Shown piece by piece: positions 9,226 to 21,557 of a stretch of 64,000 bases of DNA. Origin of the DNA: Desulfovibrionaceae bacterium. Its GTDB lineage: Bacteria > Desulfobacterota > Desulfovibrionia > Desulfovibrionales > Desulfovibrionaceae. The first letter of the stretch is position 1. Every line of letters begins with the position of its first letter. A program made the position numbers and the translations under genes. The stretch covers positions 8,382 through 72,381 of the forward strand of contig JAQVCS010000012.1 in the NCBI GenBank assembly GCA_028689675.1. Direction: 5' to 3'. Under the pieces are notes generated by a model. That model did no database searches. It was not told the DNA's origin and worked only from the letters and a program-made list of their open reading frames with translations.

Positions 9226-9596
9226 GCTGTGCTCCTTCTTTTTGTCTGCTCTGCCCCACTTATGCTGCCATGCAAGCAGCGCAGGGCTGTGCCACTATAA
9301 ACGCCTCTGCCCCCGTGGGCAAGCCTGTATGCACCAGCGCCAAAGCCATTTTGTACAAATAGCCCTGCCCCTTGTGAGCAAAGCCCCCTGCTCACCAGCA
9401 GCAAAAGCCATTTTTACCATGTCGCTGCACCGCATACATACACTAGCACCGCAAAGCAGACTTTGCACAACACTGCCCCTAGCTTTCTGAAACTGGGCAC
9501 AAAGGGCAAAAACGAGGGCTGGTGCTGGCGAGCAAAAGCAGCAGTATTCAAAAAACTGCACAGGGCTGGCATGTGTACCCCGCAACAAGGTAAGGC

Positions 9597-10538
9597 TTAT
9601 TGACGGTAGCGCCTGTACAGCAGCACAGCCAGCCCCAAAGAAAGCATATACAAAATTGCCCCCGCTATGCCCTGCATTGCCCCCTCGGCCGCTATGCCAG
9701 CACCAATAGCGGCAAAAATGCCATTTTGCACAGCAAAACCCAGCAAAGAGCCTGCCAAAAAAGCCCGTGCGGGAAAGCCACAAACCCCTGCGCCAATATT
9801 GGTTAAAAAATTACTGCCCAGCGGAATAATGCGAATGCACAGGGTGAGCAAAAAGGGAGACTGGCGCAAAAAAGCATCCAAACGGCGAAAACGTGCGGCA
9901 AATTTTTTATGCAGCCACTCCTGCCCCACAAAACGGGCATAGCTAAAGGTGGCAAGGCAGCCCAGCCCCGAGCCTGCCGTGGCCAGCAGCATGCCGCCCC
10001 ACAAGCCATACACATGCCCGCCTGCCAGCGCACACAGCTGACGCGGCACGCCACAGGCCGTAAGGCAGGCCGTGAGCACGGTAAACAGCAAAGCCCCGCC
10101 CCAGCCCCGTAAGACTTGCGTGCGCTCGGTCATATTTTCCAGCAGGCCTGTCACATCATAGTGCACAGCCAGCCAAAGCACACATAATAGCACTACAGGC
10201 GCAGTGGCAAGGCGGCGCAGAAAGGCAGCTTTTTCAGCAGCATCAGCAGAGGGGGCAGCCAAGGGGTTGGGCTGCATAGCAGAAGAAGCCGCAGCGCCAG
10301 CATTGGCAGAGGCATGAGACGAAGGCACAGCCGCAGGGCTGCATTGCATGCCCGAAGAGAGCATATCCACGGGCGCAGCGCTATTTTGACTAGCCGACAA
10401 GGGCACGGCCACAATTGCAGCGCTGGCCAGCTTGCTGAAAGGGGGTGCAGCAACAGCACCAGCCTTGGCCTGCGTGGGGGCTGGGCTGGTGGCCTGTGCC
10501 TTGCCTTGTGTAGTGAGGGGGGCGGGCATCAGGCGCAA
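9597..10538 (-). CDS. TVP38/TMEM64 (DedA-related) family membrane protein with a low-complexity N-terminal extension
   Basis: Multi-TM C-terminal part with a family-like pattern (GVPRQL.ALAGG..YG...G.......G....F..ARF.G; IRIIPLGSNFLTN). The true start may lie further downstream. Confidence 0.6.
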   Translation of the reverse strand: MRLMPAPLTTQGKAQATSPAPTQAKAGAVAAPPFSKLASAAIVAVPLSASQNSAAPVDMLSSGMQCSPAAVPSSHASANAGAAASSAMQPNPLAAPSADAAEKAAFLRRLATAPVVLLCVLWLAVHYDVTGLLENMTERTQVLRGWGGALLFTVLTACLTACGVPRQLCALAGGHVYGLWGGMLLATAGSGLGCLATFSYARFVGQEWLHKKFAARFRRLDAFLRQSPFLLTLCIRIIPLGSNFLTNIGAGVCGFPARAFLAGSLLGFAVQNGIFAAIGAGIAAEGAMQGIAGAILYMLSLGLAVLLYRRYRQ

Positions 10539-10606
10539 AAAACCTCACAAGAACGCATCCTGTGAGGTATGGTTGGGCAAAGAAGAAGGGAGGACAAAAA
10601 AAAAAC

Positions 10607-11026
10607 CTAATAGGACTGAAGGTACTCGTCCAAATTTTCTACAGTGCAATTGCGGCTTACCCAAAAGGCAGACGCCCACACCATCAAAGCCGTGGCCTGC
10701 GTATCGTCCAGATTACGAATTTTTGCTTCAAGGCTGTTACGCGAGGCCTTGTTGCGTTCATGCACACCAGCATCGCAGGCTGTTTGCACGCGCAGGGCAA
10801 GGTATGAGGCGCGGGTATCGGTGGGCAACAGCTTTACATCTTTATAGGCTTCCACAATTGTTTTTAATTCGGAAGCGCTGAAGACTTGCTTAATAGCACT
10901 GATTGCCCGAAAAAAGGTATCCACAGCCCAAGGCAAAATAAATTCTGCCCCCGCGCTTTTGGTGCGGAAGTAATCTTTGAGCCAGCGTTCTTGCTCATCG
11001 CTGATTCGTGCAGCTACTTGGGGCAT
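10607..11026 (-). CDS. Hypothetical protein (139 aa) in a small lower-GC islet
   Basis: The ATG at 11026 is preceded by GAAGGA. I recognise no family. The N-terminus (ARISDEQERWLKDYF) is vaguely like a ribbon-helix-helix. Local G+C is 19-23 per 60 nt, against about 34 in flanking genes. Confidence 0.5.
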   Translation of the reverse strand: MPQVAARISDEQERWLKDYFRTKSAGAEFILPWAVDTFFRAISAIKQVFSASELKTIVEAYKDVKLLPTDTRASYLALRVQTACDAGVHERNKASRNSLEAKIRNLDDTQATALMVWASAFWVSRNCTVENLDEYLQSY

Positions 11027-11291
11027 GAGGCATCCTTCTTTAATGCGAACCATAACATGGTCGGTAACAAATTCCTTTGCAGGGTAACGCAGACAAGGGC
11101 AACATTCAAGACTTTTTCTAGAGTATTTTACCTTTGAACATGCTTGCAAGGTTTCATAAGAAATTCTTGCCACTCAAAGTTCACAGGGAAATTGCCTTCC
11201 CCAGTACATGAGCTTTGCAAGTATATCTGCTCTAGAAGGAAGAGAGGCAAGCCTGCTACGGGTACTATGCACCTGTAGCAGGCTGCAAATG

Positions 11292-12074
11292 CTAGGCAAA
11301 AATGTCATTCATGCTGTACAGCTTGCCCGCGGGCTGCTCTTTCAGCCACAGGGCGGCGCGCAATGCCCCTTGGGCAAAGTTTTCACGCGAATGAGCCTGA
11401 TGCGTCACCTCAATGCGCTCGCCAGCCCCCATAAAATACACTGTATGCACGCCTACAACATCACCGCCGCGCAAAGCCTGCACGCCAATTTCTTTGTGCG
11501 GGCGCGCGCCAATAATGCCATCGCGGGCAGAGTTGCGCACGTCATTCAATTCCCAGCCGCGCGCCTTGGCAAGGCATTCAGCTATGGTCAATGCTGTGCC
11601 GCTGGGGGCGTCTTTCTTTTTATTATGGTGAATTTCCATAATATCAATATCATATTGCTCGCCCAGCACGCGGGCAAGTTCGGGCAGTATTTTGAGCAGC
11701 ACATTCACGCCAATGCTCATATTGGATGCCCAAAATAAGGGAGTCTGGGCGGCATAGCCAGCAAGCTGCGCTTTTTGCTCGTCGCTAAAGCCTGTTGTGC
11801 CAATCACCAGCGGGCTGCCATACTGGGCTGCGGCTTGGGCATTGGCAAGGCTGGCTTCGGGCGCAGTAAAATCAATAATCACAGCACCGGGGGCTTGCGG
11901 CAGCACGCTGTGCAACGAATCCCCCACGGGGCAGGCAGCCCCTGCAAGTTTGGCGAGGGCTTCAGGGCGCTCAACCATACCCGCCAGCGTATATCGTTCA
12001 TCGGCGTTTACCAGATCACAAATGGTCTTGCCCATACGCCCGCAGGCGCCCATGACAACAATGCCAGTCTTCAT
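11292..12074 (-). CDS. dapB: 4-hydroxy-tetrahydrodipicolinate reductase
   Basis: MKTGIVVMGACGRMGK..., EIHHNKKKDAPSGTAL and the rest match DapB. The start was chosen at MKTG. Confidence 0.92.
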   Translation of the reverse strand: MKTGIVVMGACGRMGKTICDLVNADERYTLAGMVERPEALAKLAGAACPVGDSLHSVLPQAPGAVIIDFTAPEASLANAQAAAQYGSPLVIGTTGFSDEQKAQLAGYAAQTPLFWASNMSIGVNVLLKILPELARVLGEQYDIDIMEIHHNKKKDAPSGTALTIAECLAKARGWELNDVRNSARDGIIGARPHKEIGVQALRGGDVVGVHTVYFMGAGERIEVTHQAHSRENFAQGALRAALWLKEQPAGKLYSMNDIFA

Positions 12075-12119
12075 ACATACCTCACCAGTGGGTTTTGCCG
12101 TGCTCGCCGCCAGCACATG

Positions 12120-14279
<2,160 letters not shown>

Positions 14280-14334
14280 TTAGAAGCTGCAAGGCAAAAA
14301 AACAGGCCTTGCCGCCCAGCAGCCAGCACTAATT

Positions 14335-16344
14335 TTATAATAACAATCGCGCCCGCAAGGCAGTGATATGGTCGCGCAAAACGGCGGCGCGCTCAAATTC
14401 CAAATCGCGAGCAGCGGCGCGCATATCTTTTTCACAGGCGGCAATAGCCTGTTCTATATCGACCGCAGAGCTGGGCATATCCAGCGTGTTGGCTTCCACT
14501 TTCTTTACCCTGCCCCGCTTGCCGCGAGCACTTGCGGGGCTGTCTTCATACAGCTTGTCAAAGGCAGAGTCTAAGGTCTTACTGATACTTGTGGGGCTTA
14601 GGCCGTGTTCGCTGTTATAGGCCATTTGCTTGGCGCGGCGGCGCTCGGTTTCTTCCATAGCCAGCTGCATGGATTTTGTTATGCGGTCTGCATACAAAAT
14701 GACCTGCCCTGCGGCATTGCGCGCTGCACGCCCAAAGGTTTGAATAAGCGAGCCCGCAGAGCGCAAAAAGCCTTCTTTATCGGCATCCAAAATAGCCACC
14801 AGTGCTACCTCAGGAATATCCAGCCCTTCGCGCAGCAGGTTAATGCCCACCAGAACATCAAATTCCCCTTTGCGCAAGGCCTTGATAATATTCATGCGCT
14901 CCAGCGTATCAATATCGGAATGCAAATAGCGCGCAGCCACACCCATGGAGGTGCAATACTCTGTCAAATCTTCCGCCATGCGCTTGGTCAGCGTGGTGAT
15001 GAGCACGCGCTCGTGCCGTGCTATGCGCTGGCGGCATTCGCCAAGCAGGTCTTCCATTTGCCCTTTGACGGGGCGCACATCCACCAAGGGGTCAAGCAGA
15101 CCTGTGGGGCGGATAATTTGCTCTGCCACCAGCCCCTGCGCTTTGTCCAGCTCCCACTTGCCCGGTGTGGCAGAAACATACACAGCTTGGTTCAAGCGCT
15201 CTTCAAATTCACTAAAACGCAAGGGGCGGTTGTCCAAAGCAGAGGGCAGGCGAAAACCATACTTGACCAAGGTTTCTTTGCGGGCACGGTCGCCCTTGTA
15301 CATACCGCCCACCTGCGGAATGCTGATATGCGACTCATCCACAAATAAGAGAAAATCTTTAGGAAAATAGCTGAGTAAGCAGGCTGGGGGCTCACCCTCT
15401 TGGCGCCCGTCGAGGTGACGGGTATAATTTTCCACACCATTGCAATAGCCCAATTCTTCCAGCATTTCCAAATCAAGCTGGGTGCGCTGCTCCAGCCTTT
15501 GCGCGGCCACAAGCTGCCCCTGCCCCTGCAATTCCTGCAAGCGCACTTGCAATTCTTGCCGAATATCGGCCATGGCTCGGCTGAGGTTTTCTCTGTCCGA
15601 AACAAAGTGGCTGGCGGGGTAAATGACTGTTTTTTGCACCTTGGCACAGGTTTCCCCCGTGAGGGGGTCAATTTCGCGCATAGCCTCTATTTCATCGCCA
15701 AAAAATTCAATACGCAAGGCCTGCTCATTTTGATAGGCGGGTATGACTTCCAGCACATCCCCGCGCACCCTGAACGTGCCGCGGTGAAAATCCATATCAT
15801 TGCGCTGATATTGCACTTCAACCAGCCGCGCCATTAAGGCCTTCATGGGGAAATGCTGCCCCACCTCCACAGGCACCATCATGCGTGTATAGCGCTCTGG
15901 CGAGCCCAAACCATAAATGCACGAAACCGAGGCAATAATAATCACATCGCGCCGCGTCAGCAAAGCATAGGTGGCGGCATGGCGCAATTTATCAATATTA
16001 TCATTGATGGCAGAATCTTTTTCTATATAGGTGTCCGAGGCGGGCACATAGGCTTCGGGCTGGTAATAATCATAATACGACACAAAATATTCCACAGCAT
16101 TGTGCGGAAAGAGCACGCGAAATTCACTGTATAATTGCGCCGCCAGTGTTTTATTGGGGGCAAGAATCAAGGTGGGGCGGCCACAGCGGGCTATAACATT
16201 GGCCATGGTAAAAGTTTTGCCAGAGCCAGTTACCCCCAGCAAAACCTGATGCTGCACACCCTGCTGCACAGAAGCCACAAGCTGCTCTATGGCTGCTGGC
16301 TGGTCGCCCGTGGGCTGATAGGTGCTTACAAGTTGAAAAGGCAT
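14335..16344 (-). CDS. uvrB: Excinuclease ABC subunit B
   Basis: Walker A GVTGSGKT, helicase motifs and the C-terminal UVR domain (FE.AA..RD.I..L). Confidence 0.96.
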   Translation of the reverse strand: MPFQLVSTYQPTGDQPAAIEQLVASVQQGVQHQVLLGVTGSGKTFTMANVIARCGRPTLILAPNKTLAAQLYSEFRVLFPHNAVEYFVSYYDYYQPEAYVPASDTYIEKDSAINDNIDKLRHAATYALLTRRDVIIIASVSCIYGLGSPERYTRMMVPVEVGQHFPMKALMARLVEVQYQRNDMDFHRGTFRVRGDVLEVIPAYQNEQALRIEFFGDEIEAMREIDPLTGETCAKVQKTVIYPASHFVSDRENLSRAMADIRQELQVRLQELQGQGQLVAAQRLEQRTQLDLEMLEELGYCNGVENYTRHLDGRQEGEPPACLLSYFPKDFLLFVDESHISIPQVGGMYKGDRARKETLVKYGFRLPSALDNRPLRFSEFEERLNQAVYVSATPGKWELDKAQGLVAEQIIRPTGLLDPLVDVRPVKGQMEDLLGECRQRIARHERVLITTLTKRMAEDLTEYCTSMGVAARYLHSDIDTLERMNIIKALRKGEFDVLVGINLLREGLDIPEVALVAILDADKEGFLRSAGSLIQTFGRAARNAAGQVILYADRITKSMQLAMEETERRRAKQMAYNSEHGLSPTSISKTLDSAFDKLYEDSPASARGKRGRVKKVEANTLDMPSSAVDIEQAIAACEKDMRAAARDLEFERAAVLRDHITALRARLLL

Positions 16345-16535
16345 GGTGTATCCTTGGCGCTTTGTGCTTGGGTTGGTGTCATGGGTATAGCCGCGCCGTA
16401 GCCTGCGCTTTGCTCACGTGTTTGTGTAGCATTGTATCAAATTTGTCGGAAAATACGCGGGCACAGCAACGCATACAGAGCTGCCCACAGCGCTGCCCAG
16501 TGCGGCATGGATGCCACGCCCACAGCAGCGCAACT

Positions 16536-17150
16536 TCAACGCACAGGCCAAGCACACAGGCTGCGGGCTTCTTCTGGGCTAAAAACAAAATCCGCCTGCG
16601 GCGGCAAATGCCGCTCTGCCCGCCATCGGCTGTGCAGGGCATGATAATTTTCGGTACTGGGTGTAGCGGCATCCAAGCCCAAGGCATTGGCTATAGCTTC
16701 CATACAGGCCGCTGGGGCTTCTACCTCTACCACCTGAGCAAAGGGCACGGTGTCCAGCACTATTTCCACAGCCTCATTTGCATACTGCCAATGCCACACT
16801 TCGCGCACTTTCTCATAGCGAAAAAGAATGCCATAGCCAAGCCCCTCCAGCACAGAAGCCATAACAGCGCCATCGGCAATGCTCAATTCCCTTTCGTCGC
16901 GCACTTTGCAGCCCTGCCCGTCCTGCAGCTTGAGCTTGAGCGTCAGGCGGTACACTTCGCGCCCATCATCCCAGCATTGCTTACGCAGGCGCAGCAGCTT
17001 TTGTGCCGCCCGCAATGAACCATCGGGCAAATCCCACACAGTATTGCTTTCAAAATGCCGCCCTTCGCACACTGCCCCCACAGCCTTTAGGCGATCACGC
17101 ACTTGGGCAAAATCCACATTCAAATATTTCCGTTCGCATTCAATAGCCAT
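16536..17150 (-). CDS. CYTH-domain protein (CyaB-like class IV adenylate cyclase / triphosphatase family)
   Basis: N-terminal ExExK signature (IECERKY) and a size of about 200 aa. Confidence 0.7.
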   Translation of the reverse strand: MAIECERKYLNVDFAQVRDRLKAVGAVCEGRHFESNTVWDLPDGSLRAAQKLLRLRKQCWDDGREVYRLTLKLKLQDGQGCKVRDERELSIADGAVMASVLEGLGYGILFRYEKVREVWHWQYANEAVEIVLDTVPFAQVVEVEAPAACMEAIANALGLDAATPSTENYHALHSRWRAERHLPPQADFVFSPEEARSLCAWPVR

Positions 17151-17463
17151 AGTTTATCCTTAAACAAAAATTATAGTAGAGGCAGGGGGGTGCCAAGTAT
17201 ATTGGGGCAGAGCCAGTTCGCGGCAAACAAGCACAACGTAATACCATAGCCCTTACCCTGCTGAGGTTCACCTGAAAGATATTTTGAGCATAGTCTTGTA
17301 TCATGCTGCCTTGCCTAGAGCAGAATACCTTTTAAATTATATACTGCTAACATTCAAAGATAAGCCCACTTCGGCTCGTAACAGCGCAAATAAATTGCGC
17401 TTATACCCTTGTGGTGGGCATCTGCCCCCGCAGATATGAGAGCAATTTTAAAGCAAACTTGCC

Positions 17464-18798
17464 CTAATGCCGAAAAAGGCGCGTTTGCAGCGCTGCCACG
17501 GTGCTGATACCGCCCTTGTCCACATCGGGGTGCAAAATGGGCTTATAGCCAAGGCGCTGCGCCTGCATAAGGCGGGCTTCTTGCGCGGCCACAGGGCGTA
17601 TTTGCCCATTCAGATCAACTTCACCCCACAGCACAGCCCTTTCGGGCAGGGGCACATCGTAAAAAGAAGACAGCACCGCCGCCACCAAGGCCACGTCCAG
17701 CCCTGGCTCAAGCAGGCGCATACCGCCGCCCACCTTGGCATAAATATCTACCTGACCAAAGTTTAGTTTAAGGCGCTTTTCTAAAACGGCAAGCAGCAAA
17801 TGCAGCCTATTCACATCAAAACCCAAAGCCGTGCGGCGCGGTATGGCCAAATATGAGCGGGTTACCAAGGCCTGCACCTCAACAGCAAGGGGTCTGTGCC
17901 CATCCACAGCCATTACCACGGCTGTTCCGCTCAGGCTGGCATCACGCGCGCCCAAAAAGAAGGTGGAGGGGTCATCAATAATGTGCATACCCTGCTGTGC
18001 CATTTGAAAAACAAGCAATTCTTCATTAGGTCCAAAGCGATTTTTGAACACGCGCAGCAGGCGGAACATCTGGCGGCGGTCACCTTCCAGCGAAATGACT
18101 GTATCTACCATGTGTTCAAGCAGGCGGGGGCCAGCAAGGTTGCCTTCCTTGGTAACATGCCCCACCAGCACAAGGGTTGTGCCTGTGCGGCGGCAGGCTT
18201 CCAGCAGGCTGGTGGCCACGGCCTTTACCTGACTGACATTGCCGGGCAGCCCTTCGGCTTCCAAAGAGGTGAGCGTTTGCACCGAATCCAGCACCAGCAG
18301 CGCGGGCGGCTCATTATTCAATACCTGTAGCACATCTTCCACCTGCGTGGTGGCCATGGCAAGCAGGTTGTCGTGCAGCATATCCAGCCGCTGCCCGCGC
18401 CCGCGAATTTGCGGCAGCGATTCTTCACCACTGGCATAGAGCACACGCCGCCCCCCCTTGGCAACCAGCCCTGCAACCTGCAAAAGCAATGTGGATTTGC
18501 CGATGCCGGGCTCGCCGCCCACCAAAATAGCCGCCCCGGGCACAAGCCCCTTGCCCAAAACCCTGTCCAAAGCCTGCATGCCCGTGCCAAAAGGGCGGTG
18601 CCCTTCTTCGGAAACAGAAGAAAGCACCACAGGGCGCGTGGAAGCAAGCCCTGCTGGTGTGGCCTTATGCTGCGTTTTGGCAGCAGCCAGTGCCAGCTCC
18701 AAGGTGTTCCATTCCTGACAGGCAGGGCATTGCCCGCGCCATTGCAAGGCCTGCGCCCCGCATGAGGAACAAATATAAACTTCACGCGCTTTTGCCAT
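17464..18798 (-). CDS. radA: DNA repair protein RadA (Sms)
   Basis: N-terminal C4 zinc finger (CSSCG..CPAC), Walker A GEPGIGKST, the KNRFG motif and a Lon-like C-terminal domain. Confidence 0.95.
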   Translation of the reverse strand: MAKAREVYICSSCGAQALQWRGQCPACQEWNTLELALAAAKTQHKATPAGLASTRPVVLSSVSEEGHRPFGTGMQALDRVLGKGLVPGAAILVGGEPGIGKSTLLLQVAGLVAKGGRRVLYASGEESLPQIRGRGQRLDMLHDNLLAMATTQVEDVLQVLNNEPPALLVLDSVQTLTSLEAEGLPGNVSQVKAVATSLLEACRRTGTTLVLVGHVTKEGNLAGPRLLEHMVDTVISLEGDRRQMFRLLRVFKNRFGPNEELLVFQMAQQGMHIIDDPSTFFLGARDASLSGTAVVMAVDGHRPLAVEVQALVTRSYLAIPRRTALGFDVNRLHLLLAVLEKRLKLNFGQVDIYAKVGGGMRLLEPGLDVALVAAVLSSFYDVPLPERAVLWGEVDLNGQIRPVAAQEARLMQAQRLGYKPILHPDVDKGGISTVAALQTRLFRH

Positions 18799-18902
18799 GC
18801 GCCTACTCCCTGTGTCTTGCCAGTATGCCTAAAGAGCTCCTTGAAAAATAAGGGGAAAGAGTCAGCCCCTTTCCCCTTGCCAAACAAAAAAATGCCCTGC
18901 CC

Positions 18903-20054
18903 TTATGGCTTGCGTGTGCCTGCGGGGGCGGTCTTTTCTGCCGCGCCTGTAGCTGGTGCACCGCCTGCCTGCTGTGTATTGCCCAAGGCATTGCTGCCCG
19001 CGGGGGCTGGCTTTTCTGCTGTGCCCGCAGCTGGGGCGCTGCCTGCCTGCTGTGTGGCGGCATTGCCCAAGGCATTGCTGCCTGCGGGGGCTGATTCGCT
19101 GGGCTTTTGCCCTGCTGCTGGGCTTTGCTCTGGCTGGGCTGGGCTTGCGGGGGCACTTTCCTTAGCATTGACAATATGCACGGCAAATTCCCCCACTGTC
19201 TCGGGTGCTACGGCAAAAATAGCCATAAAGGGCACAGAAGCCCCTGGCTGCACCTGCATATTATTACGCAAAATATCCAGCTTGTTGCTGAGCAGGGTGT
19301 CCATTTCTTTTTCAGCCATAAATTGCAGCTGAAACAAGGGCAGGCTTGTGCCTGCATAAAAATGCTTGGTCTTGATGAGCTTTTTATTTTTATCGTACAG
19401 GCTGGCTTCTACTTCAATTAAATCGCGGGCTGTGGGGAAGTTATTGCTTACCTTGCCTTCCACCACAAAAACCTTGCCCAATTGTGTATTGTCCACATAA
19501 TACTGGCGCACATCATTAACAGCCAGCTTTTCTACCTTGTGCACAGCCTCGGCCGTGCTGGGCAAGGGTGCTGTATACTGTGTGGTATAATACCACCAGC
19601 CCCCTGCCCCCAGTGCCACCAGCAGCAGGAAAAGGAAAAACTTTTTCCAGCCCGAAGATTTTTTGGGGGATGCCCCCTCAAAATCGGCCAGCAGGTTCAC
19701 TGTCTCCAGCGCGGCTGCGGGCTCTGCGGGGTCTGCCTCAGCGCACACAGCTTCAGCAGGCACAGGCTCGTTTTGTTCTTGCTGGGCTGGTTCTTGCTTT
19801 GCAGCCTCGTGCTGGGCTGGTTTGGCTTCCCCTTGCTCGGCTTGGGGGGCGGACTGCTCTGCCATAGCCAGCGGGCTGTGCAAGGCTTGCTCCAAAGACA
19901 AGCCTTGCGGCTCGGTTACAGGGGGCACAGCTGGCTCTGCCACACCTTCCAAACGGAACACCTGCTTGCATACAGAACAACGCAACTTGGAGCCTGCTGG
20001 TATAGCATCGGGCAAATTAAACAGGCTGGAACACGAAGGGCAACGGACTTCCAT
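18903..20054 (-). CDS. Zinc-ribbon (MJ0042-type CxxC..CxxC) protein with one TM segment, a DUF3426-like domain and a repetitive Ala/Pro/Gly-rich tail
   Basis: MEVRCPSCSSLF...RCSVCKQVF, then the hydrophobic segment FFLFLLLVALGAGGWWYY. The ATG at 20054 is preferred because GGGAGA lies 4 nt upstream. Confidence 0.7.
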   Translation of the reverse strand: MEVRCPSCSSLFNLPDAIPAGSKLRCSVCKQVFRLEGVAEPAVPPVTEPQGLSLEQALHSPLAMAEQSAPQAEQGEAKPAQHEAAKQEPAQQEQNEPVPAEAVCAEADPAEPAAALETVNLLADFEGASPKKSSGWKKFFLFLLLVALGAGGWWYYTTQYTAPLPSTAEAVHKVEKLAVNDVRQYYVDNTQLGKVFVVEGKVSNNFPTARDLIEVEASLYDKNKKLIKTKHFYAGTSLPLFQLQFMAEKEMDTLLSNKLDILRNNMQVQPGASVPFMAIFAVAPETVGEFAVHIVNAKESAPASPAQPEQSPAAGQKPSESAPAGSNALGNAATQQAGSAPAAGTAEKPAPAGSNALGNTQQAGGAPATGAAEKTAPAGTRKP

Positions 20055-20087
20055 AGTTTCTCCCATAGCGCAAGCGCTATTACAGGC

Positions 20088-20618
20088 TTATTCAGGAATA
20101 ACCTCATAAATACCGGGCAAGGTGCGGAAGCGCTCGGCATAATCAAGCCCGCACCCAACAATAAAGCCCTGCTCTAAAGTAAAGCCCACAAAGTCAGGCT
20201 TGATTTCCACTTTGCGCCGCTCATGCTTGTCAATCAAAATAGCAAGGCGCAGGCTTTTTGCCCCGCGCTGTGCCAGCGTGGAGAGCAAAAACTGCATGGT
20301 GAGGCCAGAGTCTATCATATCTTCCACCACCAGCACATCCTTGCCCTGCAAGGGAATTTCCACATCCTTATTAAAGGTGATGTGCTCGGAAGAAGACGTG
20401 GCAGAGCCATAGCTGGAAAGGCGCACAAAATCGACCTGCACGTCATCATGCTTCATTGCCCGCACTAAATCGGCAAAAAACATGAACCCACCCTTTAATA
20501 CGCAAATAATCAGCAGTGGCTTGCCCTTATAGAGCGCGTCAATTTCTGCTGCCAGCTCTTGCACTCGGTTCTGAACCAATTCGGGGGAAAATACAGGGCG
20601 CAACTCTTTAATAACCAT
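20088..20618 (-). CDS. hpt: Hypoxanthine phosphoribosyltransferase
   Basis: PRPP-binding motif VLVVEDMIDSGLT. Length and overall pattern match Hpt. Confidence 0.9.
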   Translation of the reverse strand: MVIKELRPVFSPELVQNRVQELAAEIDALYKGKPLLIICVLKGGFMFFADLVRAMKHDDVQVDFVRLSSYGSATSSSEHITFNKDVEIPLQGKDVLVVEDMIDSGLTMQFLLSTLAQRGAKSLRLAILIDKHERRKVEIKPDFVGFTLEQGFIVGCGLDYAERFRTLPGIYEVIPE

Positions 20619-20624
20619 AAAACT

Positions 20625-21095
20625 TTACTCCGCAAGTTCTAAATAAACAGCCGTTTCATCACAATCGGGGTATTTGGGGCAATGAACACAATCTGCCCAA
20701 ATTTTTTGCGGCAGCACGCCTTTTTCCACCTCGGCAAAGCCCAGCCTGCAAAAAAATTCTGCCTGATAGGTTAAGGCAAACACCTTGGTAATGTGCAAAG
20801 AGGCACATTCATCAAGGCAGGCCTGCACCACCAGCCGCCCTAAGCCCTGCCTGCGCAGGGAAGTATCCACCACCAAAGAGCACACCTCGGCCAAGTCTTC
20901 CCACACGGGCGCTAGGGCTGCACAGGCCACAATGCGCCCCTCTTCCGTCTCAAGCACATTAAAATTGCGTACATGGCTGTACAGCCAAATTAAAGCCCGA
21001 GGCAATAGCTGCCCCTGCTGTGCACAAGCCAGCAACAAAGCATGTATGGCTTTGACATCGTCAATGTGGGCTTTACGCAAATGGAATTCTGCCAT
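20625..21095 (-). CDS. GNAT-family N-acetyltransferase (ArgA-like acetyltransferase domain)
   Basis: Acetyl-CoA motif A is present (VDTSLRRQGLGRLVV). Confidence 0.75.
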   Translation of the reverse strand: MAEFHLRKAHIDDVKAIHALLLACAQQGQLLPRALIWLYSHVRNFNVLETEEGRIVACAALAPVWEDLAEVCSLVVDTSLRRQGLGRLVVQACLDECASLHITKVFALTYQAEFFCRLGFAEVEKGVLPQKIWADCVHCPKYPDCDETAVYLELAE

Positions 21096-21557
21096 TTATT
21101 TTTTCTCCAGCAAATCTTTTATAAAGGATTGCAGCATGTCTTCAGAAACATAGCCCTGATGGTTGGCGCGCATTACACCATCGGGTCCATAAATAATATT
21201 TTGCGGAATGCTTGAAACCTGAAAAAGCGCCAGCAGGCTTTCATCGGCCAAATAGACGGGGTAGGTAATGCCCATGGTTTTCATAAAAGGCTTGACGGCA
21301 TCGCTGTCTTCATCCACCGAAAGCCCCACAAAAACAACCTTGTCCTTATATTTTTTGGCTGTGTTTATTAAATGGGGAATTTCCTGACGGCAAGGCGGGC
21401 ACCATGTGGCAAAGAAATTCACCACCAGCACTTTGCCCTTATTTTTTTCCACCAAGGCAGAAAGCCCCGCGGTATCAAGCTTGGCTGGCCTTTCGGCAGC
21501 AACAGACAACACCGGCAGCAACAAACACAACAGCACCAATGCAATTACTTTTTTCAT
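21096..21557 (-). CDS. TlpA/ResA-like thiol:disulfide oxidoreductase with a signal peptide
   Basis: N-terminal signal sequence and a thioredoxin-fold WCPPC active site. Confidence 0.85.
   Translation of the reverse strand: MKKVIALVLLCLLLPVLSVAAERPAKLDTAGLSALVEKNKGKVLVVNFFATWCPPCRQEIPHLINTAKKYKDKVVFVGLSVDEDSDAVKPFMKTMGITYPVYLADESLLALFQVSSIPQNIIYGPDGVMRANHQGYVSEDMLQSFIKDLLEKK

Noticed and set aside
9226-9596. Long spacers without features (370 nt here and 313 nt at 17151..17463) that might hide RNase P RNA, SRP RNA, tmRNA or 6S RNA.
   Set aside because: I looked for the conserved cores (GAGGAAAGUCC, the SRP domain IV AGGUCCGGAAGGAAGCAGCC-like motif, and a tmRNA tag frame) and found none. Only small isolated hairpins are present. 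A dedicated Rfam scan would be needed to say more.
20067-20082. A 16-nt perfect palindrome, atagcgcaagcgctat, between hpt and the zinc-ribbon gene, considered as a possible operator.
   Set aside because: It can equally form a small CUUG-tetraloop hairpin in the hpt 3' end. It occurs once, with no second occurrence or partner regulator in the window to support an operator call.
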